Source of the DNA: Zygnema circumcarinatum SAG 698-1b
Taxonomy: Eukaryota > Plantae > Zygnematophyceae
Length of the DNA: 64,000 bases
NCBI GenBank assembly: GCA_037447605.1
Contig: CM074815.1
Coordinates: forward strand, 1,674,001 to 1,738,000
Reading direction: 5' to 3'
The position numbers and the translations under genes are program-made. Each line of letters starts with the position of its first letter. Position 1 is the first letter of the stretch. Under the pieces are notes generated by a model. It did not search any database. It was not told where the DNA came from and worked only from the letters and a program-made list of their open reading frames with translations. Shown one piece after another: positions 34,901 through 46,200 of the stretch.

Positions 34901-37404
34901 TAATACAAGCATCAACTGCACAAGGAGGTCGAGAAGGAATTCATACCTTAATGGGTCGACCAGCGAGTTCCAACCCATTCAAATTTTGCTGAGCTGCCCG
35001 TGCATCCTCCAAACGGGCATACTGCCATGACACCACACCATCCATCCAGCATTTATTCAGCCCACCACCGCAAAATCTTCATTTGAAAAACAATACTGAG
35101 AAACAAAGGCATTGCCATTTCATTGGTGCAGAGGAGTTAAACCGATACACCATAGGTTGATCCCACCGAGTCCTCTCCCAGTCATATGTGTAGCCTTTGC
35201 ATTAATGCGATCGAATTTTAATTTACTTCAGGGCATCTTGCAATTGGAAAAGTCAGGGCAGAACGAATCACAAAGGATGAGCACAGACCAAGACCAAGAA
35301 AAGCACACAACTAACCTGAACAAATCCAAAACCCTTGCATTGGTTTGTGTCCGGATCCACTGGTAACTGGACGAGTTCCACTGGGCCAAACGGTTCAAAT
35401 ACCTGGAAACAGTAAAGTAACAGAATAAAGCAAAAAACATAAGTTCAACAGTCACGCTTCACAATATTTAGTAATGGATATTGATTAACACATGAAAAAC
35501 AAAGCATTCCCCAGCCAACATTCCTGAGCTCACCTGTCGCAACTCTGTTTCATTCATGTTGAAGTGAAGGTTGCCAACATATAGCCGCCTAGCACCTCCA
35601 GAGTAGGGCCCAATGTACAGGCCAGGTGTGCCCAAACCCGGCATACCCGCCATCCCCGCCATCATGGGCAAAGGAGTGGACTGAACAAGGTTCTTCTCCG
35701 CTTCGGAAGGTTTCACCATCACCGGTTGACCTAGCAGGAGCTGTCCTGAAAGTGCGATGGCCATCGGAACCGACATCACATCGTAAAATTCGATGTACCT
35801 GGTCCAAAAACCAGGGAGAAAACCTGCTGAGTCGTCTACGGCATATAAAAAACATCAACATGAGAGGAAAAACAAGGAAAAAAAACAGGTCTTGTTTGAA
35901 ATGTACAGTTTCAAAAACACTACAGTTCAGCAGAGAACGAACTCTGCGTGCAAGATAATGCTAGTGGCAGTGCTCGAGCAAAAAACCCTTTTAGTGCCCT
36001 AAAAACCACCAATCCCGAAGCACATGAACTTACCCGACTCCTTTAGACCGCCGCGAGTTCCTGTCCATGATGAGCCGTACGTCCCGGACCTGTCCCCCAT
36101 CCATCCCCAAAGACAGCAGGTTAAGAATGGCATCAATTATCCGCCTCCAATTGACAACCCCTAGTGTGTAGAAACCCACAGGAAAACCAAGCTACGACTA
36201 CGGTGTGTTCCCTGGAGTTCTTTTTCCAGTCTGTCACCAACCAAAGGCGGAAACGCACCTTCGGTGCAAATACCTCTGGCGACCACCCAGGGCACTCCAC
36301 GACTTGTAACCTATTCAAGAGTCACCAGCTCCATCAATCAGTGGACTAGGGGCACAGCTGTAGTGAGACAAATACCAGTACCTTCCCTCTAACGTAGGAC
36401 TTATCCCCCTTCGTGTAACTTCACACACAACCCTACGAGCAGACAGACCGGCGTCTGACACCGTAGGATAGACTGACAGTCAGCTATCCACACCTTCCCA
36501 GCTCTGCTGAAGAATTCGTAAACGTCCCGTTCGTCCGCCTTCAAGTTAATCTGCAAAAAAATAGCCCAGAAATGGCAAGATCAGCCTCTAATTTCTCCTT
36601 TGCAGATATGTAGCCTGGTAAAAAGGGCAACATGTATACAGGCGAGCAGAGAATACAGCTTTAGATGCTCACTGTTCGAACATAACCAAGGGATAGCTAC
36701 AGAAAGATCGCAGCTGGTCAGATTAGGTCAGAGCGCAACACACCTGGTAAGCGAAAACAGTCCGTTGATCACGTTCTGGGTCAGCCTCTGGCTCCGCGGG
36801 CGGCTCCTTCTCCTTCTCCTTTTCTTTCTCCTTCTCCCTATCGCGCCTTTCATGCGAGTGCCTGCACGCCATTCAAAATATCAAGCAATGATCGGTACAC
36901 ACAACATTATTCCATTTGCAAAGCGGCTCTTCATGCCATAGGGCGACTACAATCAAGTATAAGTCGTCACCTTCGATCTTTATCTCGATTTCGGTCGCGG
37001 TCATGCTCTCGGTCCTTATCTCTACCTCTGTCTTTCTCTCCATCTCTATCCCGATCCTTCCGGTCACGTCCTTTATCCTTATCCCGGTCTCGCTCCCTCT
37101 CTTTCTCCCGCTCTCTCTCCCTCTCTCTCTCCCTATCCTTATCCCTCTCCCTGTCTCGGTCCCTGTCTCGCCCTCTGTCCCGGTCCCTATCCCGGTCCCG
37201 ATCCCGATCCCGCTCATCCCTCCGCGAGCGGTGCTCCTCCTCCGGCCGGCTGCGCTTGCTCCGGTACTCCTGCTCCTCCTCGTTGCGCCGCTTGGAGCTC
37301 CTGTGGCCGTCGTCTCCCTTCGCACCTTCTCCATTAGCGTCGAGTGCGCCGTCCGGCTTCTCCACCGTCTTTTCCAAGTAGTCGTACTCGTCAAAGTCCC
37401 CCAT
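31977..37404 (-). CDS. RBM39: RBM39/CAPER (CC1-like) splicing factor: RD/RS domain, 2 RRM, UHM (about 594 aa, 13 exons)
   Basis: Exons 37404-36971, 36861-36744, 36550-36494, 36089-36034, 35798-35534, 35402-35316, 35021-34947, 34597-34508, 34389-34328, 34116-33819, 33559-33471, 32399-32285, 32015-31977. Motifs MGDFDEYDYLEKTVE, PERDQRTVFAYQ, RRLYVGNLHFN, CLLLKNMFD, ALHGRWFAGKTI. Confidence 0.96.
34858..34904. repeat. 22-bp direct duplication in RBM39 intron 7
   Basis: cacctagaaatcttcacctaat at 34858 and 34883. Confidence 0.9.
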
Positions 37405-37559
37405 GGCTCCCCCTCGCAGCCTCTCTCTCTCTCTCCCTCACTATCGCTCTCTTTCCCTCGCCCTCCCGCTCCCCCTCCCGCCCGGCCTCCTGCAGCCGCC
37501 GCGAGTCGCGCCTGGCGGCCTTCGGGGGGGTTCAGGCCCTTCAGGGCAGCCATGGCAGC

Positions 37560-37800
37560 CCGCCGTACACATTGGTACTGTACGAAAATTCCGACTAGAC
37601 TGGAACTGGAACTGGGAACTGGAACTGGATTTGCCACGGGACTGGAACTGGAAATAGGGCCGGAACTGGAACTGCAACTGACACTGGAGTGAGACTAAAA
37701 CTGGAACTGGTAAATATTCTACATGTGAAACTTGATTTTTCAGAAAATCCAGTCTGACATACTGTACGGACAACTCAAGGGAATAATGTACTGTACTGTA
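37560..37800. promoter_or_regulatory. Divergent RBM39/TON1 promoter island with GTAC sites and (ACTGGA)n tract
   Basis: GTAC at 37565, 37575, 37580, 37764, 37788, 37793; ACTGGA-type hexamers across 37599-37710. Confidence 0.55.
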
Positions 37801-38484
37801 GTTGACCAGTCGCGGGCAGGAATCGAGGTGGACCCTCGCAGAGGGTTGATCTCGGTGGATCCTCCTCCCCCAGTTGATCCGTTTGCTGTGCTGGAGGAGA
37901 TGGATGCCAGCCCTTGCCGACAGGTCTGCCCCCCTCCCTTCCTCCCTTCTCTCCGCCGATCTTTGCCGGAGCTGCCATGGCCACGTGCTCATCTGCTCAC
38001 TGGCCCACACCGTCTCACGGAGATTATCTCCATTTACATGCGCAATCGCGGTCTTGTTGAATGGGCTCAAGCCGTTTTTAGTTTTCAGTGCTCTCTGTGG
38101 CTGGCTTGCGGCCTGTTTCGAAGCTTCAAGAAGATTGATTGTGGTGTCAGACCGACTATTGCAGTGGGAGTCTTTTTTCTTCGAAACGTTAGAATCAGGC
38201 TCTTTTTTTGGAAAATCGATTTTCAAGAGCCTGGTCCATGTCCGGACTTACCTATCTTGAGAGCGTGAAATCGGTTCGCACAAGCCAAGAATTGGAGAAG
38301 GGCCGAAGTTTGGAATCTGAAACATTTTAGTTTGAATAGGGCGAATTCTCCTTGTGTTAGGTCAAATGTGGCGGGTGGAAGCGCCTAGTAGCGCGATAGT
38401 AGGTTAACTGCCCGCCGCGCTTGTTAACTGGCAGTTGGTAGACTCGCCTGGATTCATATTCTGCATTACTCTGTCATCAGAATT

Positions 38485-40774
38485 ATGGAGGAGTACAAAA
38501 GAGAGATTGCGGAAGTGAAGGCCCTCGTGACGGCAACTTTGGAGAAGAATGGCACTTTGCCGAAGCTTAGGGTAATGACTACCCTTGTTACTTGCGTCAT
38601 TCATGCGTTGTTTTTGTAAGTCGCTTTCAGAGCAAAAGGAGCGGCTGGAAGCAGAGCCAGATACAAAGTTTGCGGAGATTGTTTGGACTTTCCCAATTCT
38701 TGACATGTTTCTGGAAAAAGGAGGCTTATTCCAAGTTGAAGGTTGGGTGACCTATTGCTCAAGTCTTCTAAAATCTTGATTTTTTAGCTAAAAATGCAAT
38801 GTGCTTCGGAGTGTACAGGCGCAACTACGGGCGAGTATTTTCGAGGCAGTGGAGGAGCATGATCGCCTTGCGGTCGATAACGGGGCTTCTGCCTTGGTAG
38901 GGAGCTGCAGTGAGCAGGCCCGGGCGCTGCATGCTACTTCAATTGGTGAGATATCTTATGTCTTTCGCCGAGATTTATATAAATGTTCTCTTGATAGTGC
39001 ACTCATTCCCGTACAGAGATTTGAGGAATATCTGAGGTCAAAATTATGTGCTGAGTGTAATTAGCAGATCAGCTTTTGCACCAGAACTCATTTGAATAGG
39101 ACGCATACAAATGAAGCCTTAATAATAACTGTCTCCTTGTTGAAGCAGGAAAGATACTAAGTGGCCTCATTGTGGAGTACATGGAATGGGCTGATCTGGA
39201 CCATTCATTGAAAGTATACACGTCTGAATGCAATTGGGTAAGTCAACGGCTTTTTTAATAGATGTGGCCATCCCTCATTTCCCATTCTTCTCTTTCTCCC
39301 TCTCCCACTGCAAGTCTACATTTCTGATGGCACTGGGCAGTTGAGATAGATATATAAGCAGTTATGTCCCATTTTCAGAGAAAAGTTGTCTCTTTTTTCT
39401 TGCGAGGTAATTGCTTGAGCTTCATGTTCATGCCTTCACTGAATTCAATTCTATGTCCCACACTATATTGCCTTTCAATCCAATTTGTAAGAGGCTCAAG
39501 TGAGCTGCTGTTGTCCTTCTCAATTTGGTAATGAAAGTGCCATACATTGCTGTTCCTGTGTGCCTGCTTTGATTGCTGTGCAGGCAGGAGGAAAGTTTGA
39601 TCGGGCAACTCTAGAACAGGAGTTGTCACTTCCTTCAGGAGGTGCAGCCTCTAGTGCACCGCAGGGGCCTCTGCTCCTTGATGTTCTTCACACATATCTA
39701 CATACAAAGGTACGATGCCTTCATACTCTTTTTTTCTTTTTTTCCCTCTAAATATGTCCTGAGCTTCCGTTGCCTGATCCATGATGCATCGTAAATGGGT
39801 TGAGTCGCTGCCTCGACTGTAGTTTAGTTTAACGAGCTAGTAGGGACTTCCACCCAAGACTTGCATTCCTCTCCAATTTCATAAAAGCTGGCATGGTTTT
39901 GGCCGTGTTTTTGTCTGCTCAATTGTATAGTCATTTCAAGTTGCTGCAACTTTTTTTTGGCTTTTCTCAGTTGAGAGTTGTATTTCTCAATGGAACAAGC
40001 CAGAGTTGGTATTATCAACTTTTTTTCATTTTATGGACACTGCTTCTTCTGCCTTTTGCTGATGGCCATCCTGTCAAAACTTGCTTGACGTACAAACCAT
40101 TGTTCGTTCAAATCGCGTGTGCGCGACAGGCCCCTCGGCGGCAGTCCTGGTTACTAATTATTGGTTACTAATTATTGAAACAAACAAACATGAAACTGGA
40201 AACGTGCTACGTGTTTCCAAGTGTAGTCACAGCTGATGTTTCACAGAAACAGTTGCATCTGCAATTATGCAGAGTGACAACCTGAAACTTGTGTAGGAGT
40301 TCTGCCTTCTACACTTCAGACTAAGCTTTCGAGAGCTTTTGCAGGCCTCAGCAGCCAAGGCGGCTGCAACCATTGCTTCACCCGGCACTTCTTCTCGAAG
40401 TTTAGTTCATGCTGCAGCCCCGGCAAGTGCACGGAATGCACGGAGTAATAGCCCCACTGTTCGACGAGAAGTCTTAGGTGGCATCCGTAGCATTAGTCCC
40501 ACGAGTAAGTTATTAACTCCTTGATTGTTTCAGGGCTGGTCTGCATGGAGATGGGCAAGGCTTGAGTTCAAGGGTATGCAACTGCTCTAGGCTGACAGCA
40601 ATGGCTGCTTACAGGAAGGGGCTTTACTAACATTTCAAGGGGTTGGTTGGGTCTGCAGCGAGAGTCAATCGTGTGGGAGGATCGTCAACAATTGCACGGA
40701 CTTCATCAAATGTGGCACTTAACACTTTAGGCAATCGAAGCGAGAATAAAGGCAGCGGGTCAGATAGATCGTAA
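38485..40774 (+). CDS. TON1: TONNEAU1 / FOP-like cortical microtubule-centrosomal protein
   Basis: Exons 38485-38571, 38819-38945, 39149-39237, 39584-39709, 40345-40504, 40659-(40770/40774). MEEYKREIAEVKALVTATLEKNGTLPKLRAQLRASIFEAVEE (TOF), LisH-like LIVEYMEWADLDHSLKVY, PLLLDVL (PLL). The C-terminal exons are uncertain and may continue via 41067-41161 to about 41580. Confidence 0.88.
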
Positions 40775-43262
40775 GGTATGAACGGCAGTGACCAACTTTA
40801 GCAGTACGGATTCCTACCGACGACTTCCCAGATGCTTCTGCTGCTGCTTCCCATGTTAAATGGCTTGCGTCTCATGCCTCGCATGTCATCTTGACTTCCT
40901 CTCTCCTGCAAATTTTCTGCTTCAAACTTGCTCAGCCTTTGTTCCACTATTTCTGAAAACCATACCCATCTCTTAGTTGGCAAGCGGAGCGCAGATGCTG
41001 TGTTTTTTTTGTTTGTTTGGGGCCACACGCTCATCTGGGTTACAGGGGATTGTGTTTTCACCGCAGGACAATACGGGAAGGAGAGAGGCAGGGGTTGCAG
41101 ACGGGGGGACAGCTTTGGCAGGTGCGTGGAGGGCCAAGCGCGGCTCAGACATCTCACCCTCGTGAGTTTTGCATGCATAGATCTCTCTTGTGAAAGGCGT
41201 GCGACATAGTGCTTTTTTGCTACAAGCAGTGGTTTTTTGTCTTGTCCTTCATTTGAGAGAAGGTGTTGTCGATTCAGTGTATGGATTCCACTCTCAAGGA
41301 CCTCTCCCAGAGTGTCTGATGAGCTAAGAATACTTAGTCGAATAGTTTTTGTCTGGCCGGCCCAGAGGTGAATGTCGTCAATCAAAAGTTGGAAGGAAGG
41401 TCTGAGAGGGATGTCTATGAAGAAACGGGGCTATGGAATGATGCTGATTTGGGGTTGTTTTTGCGGCTCTGCAGGCGACACAGCTGTGCTGCTCCGCGCA
41501 GGAGACCGGTGTCTTGCCAATTGATTTTGTCTATTCCAGTTCGTATGGCTTCAACCATAGTGCCCAGGAACGAATAAAGGATTTATCCGAGTTAGAGCAG
41601 TTCAGATAATCAGCCAAGTAGAGAAAGCTGTTAGGACTGTGCCCTTATTTATAGGAATATTCATTGTGGTCCACGTAGTATCTTCCTAGGCAGTATGTGG
41701 GGAGTCCAAGAAGTGGTAGGCATAGATAGCCCAGAAGAGGCCCTTACAGGGTCTGTGCTCTTTATTTTTGTATTCTTTCAAGGAGCACCACTGCCAGCTC
41801 GAAGTTCAAAACCCTCTGTACTCTACAAGTCTTCTCAAGCCCGTATAATGCAGCTCGCAACTACCTCTCATGGTAACTAGGCCCTCACCTTTCATTGCTC
41901 TCTTCCCATGTGTACCTGTCCCGTTGACAGTTGTTGTTACTGCTGTCTTATTCTGCCTGGAGGTGTTTGGCTAGCATATTATGTTCACACAACGTAATGA
42001 GTTACGGGTTTTTTAGGTTCTTTGCAGACTTCTGTTGTTCTGATGGGAGAGCAGGGGACTGGGACTTGACTGGTCGGACCACAACCATTGGGCAACAATG
42101 GTTTGCCTTTTGTTGGCTAGTCAAAAGCTGCCTACGATTAGCTGGGCCGCCAATTAATGGTTCACCATTTTGAATTTAATGGTCTGCAACATTTGGCTGC
42201 CAATGGTTGATCCAATGGTTGATCCAATGGTCTAACACTGACTCCATCCCGCCTGAAGATGAACTCCAGTGATTGTCCAGTTCAGTTTTAGGTTACTATC
42301 CAGGGGAACGAGTGTTTGCTGGTTTTTGTTTTCATTTTCGCTCAACTTGTGCAGAAACTGCCTTCGGAAGCTCGCCATGTCCACAACCTTTTTATCTCAC
42401 AGAATATTGCAGATGTGGCTAGTCGGCATTGGCAACTCAACAAATACCCCCCCCACAAGTGACTCCAGACCCACGGAGTAAAGGGACCACATGAAGAGCG
42501 CCCTCCCAAAGATCACTCGGTACATACAATGGTTTGTATTTCATTATAGGAGAGATGAAAATCGGAAGATCACATCAGAGACAACCAGTCGGTCTCTGAT
42601 ATGTGCGTGGCGCCAAAAGGCACAGCTTGGTCCTCACCTGCAAAGGGTCTGCGGTGATAGATAGCTCTATGTGTGGGCCTCTCCTCCCACACCAACTATG
42701 AACGGCTCCACCTAAGGTGCCTCAGACAAGCGCCCCTCTACCCTACCGTCATCTACTGCACTGTGTGTACCGCTTCTGGGCAAAACGTACTCGTGGTTCC
42801 TAAGGGAGCTTTTCTTAAATAGGACGAAGAACCCTAAGCCTAGCTGTTGATCATATTCTGCAGCTCTATCCTTTCAGCAGCCGGCTCGGTTCAGCCATGA
42901 CAAGGGAGAGAGACGGTTGCATACACTCCTAAAGGCTGTTCTTAACAGTAACTCTCCGGGTAAAAGCTGCTCAGCCTGCTTCGCTAAGTTCATAAAAACG
43001 TACTTAACATCGGGGCACCCAAATGACAGGTGCCAATTATTGTGCTGCCAGAGGGGGACAGGACACTACATTATTTTTCCTGTCCACAATTAAATAAATT
43101 GCAGCTTCGAACTTCATCACAGAGCATAGAGTGATGCTCTCCTCCCATAGAACGACCCTCCACTGCAGTCTGTTTCCTGTCTTTACTGCCCTTGTCAGCC
43201 CGGTCGGCAGCTCCAACAGGAGAGAGCGCCTCCTCCACTCCATTCTCTCTTCCAAACCAAAC

Positions 43263-46200
43263 TCAGAAGTAGCTCGATTGATTTTGGAGCAGCTCCAACA
43301 GTGACAAAATCTTTGCAGCCACTGACTTGCAGTCAGCGGAGCCATGCTGCGCGAGCTCAATAAGAGCCCCCTGTGCCTTAGAGCCATACTCGAACTTGTA
43401 ATCGTTGATCTGAAAAAGCTTTTCCAGCATCCACAGTGCCTTCGCCTTAGATCGATCGGTCCCATCTGATAGCTGCTGTACCACTCTCTCAAAGCCCCTC
43501 GCCTCGTGTATCACACGTACTCCGTCCTCCCACCTCCCTTGGTCAGGCAGCAACGTACTGATCGCTACAAGAGCTGCTTCTGCAGTAAGGGGGTCCTTAT
43601 CCGCCATGACTGACACTAAAGGGGCCACCGCATCCGCTTCAAGGAGGCAAAAAGTTTTCTCTACGTCGCATACCCCTCCGTGCACTCTGCAGTAGGTGGG
43701 AGGGGGAGGGGAGAAGCAGCAGTGCCCCCTGACCTTGCTCGGCTGACTCAGTCGGTCGCTGTTCTGCGAGAGGTGGCCCAAGCACTGCGCTGCATTCCGT
43801 TTGGAGGCAGATGTTCCCGTCACGAGGACATTCACTAAGAGAGGAATGGCTCCAAGATCGGCAACTACCTGCTGCAGCTTCACACTGCATACGTTCAACA
43901 AAGGAGAAGCACATCAGTGAGATATAGTTGAAAGGGGAAGGAAAGCAGGTCGCACACGAACCAGCAGGCAGTGAGGCACAGTTATGAACTACCTTCAGAT
44001 GAGACATCATAAAGAAACACACTCAATTGAAGTTTGGCATTAAGGTTCTACTTGGACAAAGGCGGCAAATGAGCAGGTCCTTAGATGAGAAACTCAGCAC
44101 GCTCGTGTTGAGAGGAGACGTACAACCACGGAAAAGAAGTTGGAGATACTCACTTGGTGGACAATGTGAAACGTTCGAGTGCTGCAGTGGCTGCCTCAAG
44201 CATCGCATCTCTTGTCGCCCCGGAGGCTGTTCTAACATTCAGCATGCGAATAATGAGAGGAACAGCATCAATCTGCAATACACAAACACATCCATGCAAA
44301 CAAACGTCAAACTGCAGGTACATTCATTCACACCTGAAAGTAACACCGTTGTGTATGACCACATAAACTAAAAAACAGCTCTGCCCTGTCCAAAAACCCT
44401 ACTAAAAACCAGGACCGAAATCTCCAATAGCCCTCTGCGCTGCAGCCGACCCACTTCCCATTCGACCCAACTTCTCATACACGATGATAAGAGATGACTG
44501 ACCCACTTTCCATTCGACCCAACTTTTCATACGAGATAATAAGAGATGACTGACCCACTTTCCATTCGACCCAACTTCTCATACGAGATGATAAGAGATG
44601 ACTGACCCACTTTCCATTCGACCCAACTTCTCATACGAGATGATAAGAGATGACTGACCCACTTTCCATTCGACCCAACTTCTCATACGAGATGATAAGA
44701 GATGACTGACCCACTTTCCATTCGACCCAACTTCTCATACGACCCACTTTCCATTCGACCCAACTTCTCCTACGAGATGATAAGAGATGACTGACCCACT
44801 TTCCATTCGACCCAACTTCTCATACGAGATGATAAGAGATGACTCTCATACGAGATGATAAGAGATGACTGACCCACTTTCCATTCGACCCAACTTCTCA
44901 TACGAGATGATAAGAGATGACTGACCCACTTTCCATTCGACCCAACTTCTCATACGAGATGATAAGAGATGACTGACCCACTTTCCATTCGACCCAACTT
45001 CTCATACGAGATGATAAGAGATGACTGACCCACTTTCCATTCGACCCAACTTCTCATACGAGATGATAAGAGATGACTGACCCACTTTCCATTCGACCCA
45101 ACTTCTCATACGAGATGATAAGAGATGACTGACCCACTTTCCATTCGACCCAACTTCTCATACGAGATGATAAGAGATGACTGACCCACTTTCCATTCGA
45201 CCCAACTTCTCATACGAGATGATAAGAGATGACTGACCCACTTTCCATTCGACCCAACTTCTCATACGAGATGATAAGAGATGACTGACCCACTTTCCAT
45301 TCGACCCAACTTCTCATACGAGATGATAAGAGATGAGTGGTGCTTCTCCTTACCTGAACCAAGACTGTGGTAACGCGCGTGTCTGTTAGCGGCAGCCCTG
45401 CAATGGTCCCGGCCGCCGCCGTCCTCTCCTCGTGGCTCTCCCTCTCCCCGAGCAGCCCTTTGAGAGAGCGCAGACCGAGCCCCTGCAGCTCCATGAGGTT
45501 GTCCGCTACTTCCTTTCCCATCCCGTCGGAGCAGAGCACTCGCAGAAGCTGTGCGGCACTCAGACGCAGACCTCGAGTCTGCAGGGGACCTGCAGGCCCA
45601 ATCAGCTATAGACTCGGACCACAACATAGGGCAGAATTTGACAAGAAATTACGCTAACAACATAAGAGAGAGAGATATGAAGGGATAGGAAGAAAGATAG
45701 GGGAAGAAGAAGAAGAAGATAAAGATAGGGGGGAGATATAAAGTCGCTGACAGAGCACCCTAAGCAGGGTAAGTTGGTACAGGGGGTGGAATTTGGGATA
45801 GGCTAATTTTGATTGAATTGATCATGCAAGCACAGCAGAATGGACGGAGGAGTAGGATATGAACTTCTATAGTGACATTAACCAAAATTATTGATCATGG
45901 GACTCTGCAGACGTACATGACTGGAACTAGAGGGGAAACGAGAGAGGAAATTGATTAATAAAGGAAGGTAGAATCCTGCCAGGATGGTTACATGCTGTGT
46001 AGTAGGTTAAAAGGACATTGAAATTTAGAGAGAACTACGAATTGGCAGAGAGAAGCCCCCTCCAGGACTGGATGCGAAGCCATAATGCTCAGACCTAATA
46101 ATGTGCATCAGAATAAGGTGTCTAAAAACCCTAAAAACCCTAAAGACACGGCACGTTTTTGTGATGCAGATAACACAATAACAGACATGCACGCTACCAG

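Noticed and set aside
40771-40855. Cys-rich TON1 C-terminus (RRLPRCFCCCFPC*) suggesting S-acylation
   Set aside because: It needs a 31-34-nt intron, far shorter than any other intron here.
44448-45336. CRISPR array
   Set aside because: Units are contiguous and identical with no unique spacers, there are no cas genes, and the context is a eukaryotic intron.
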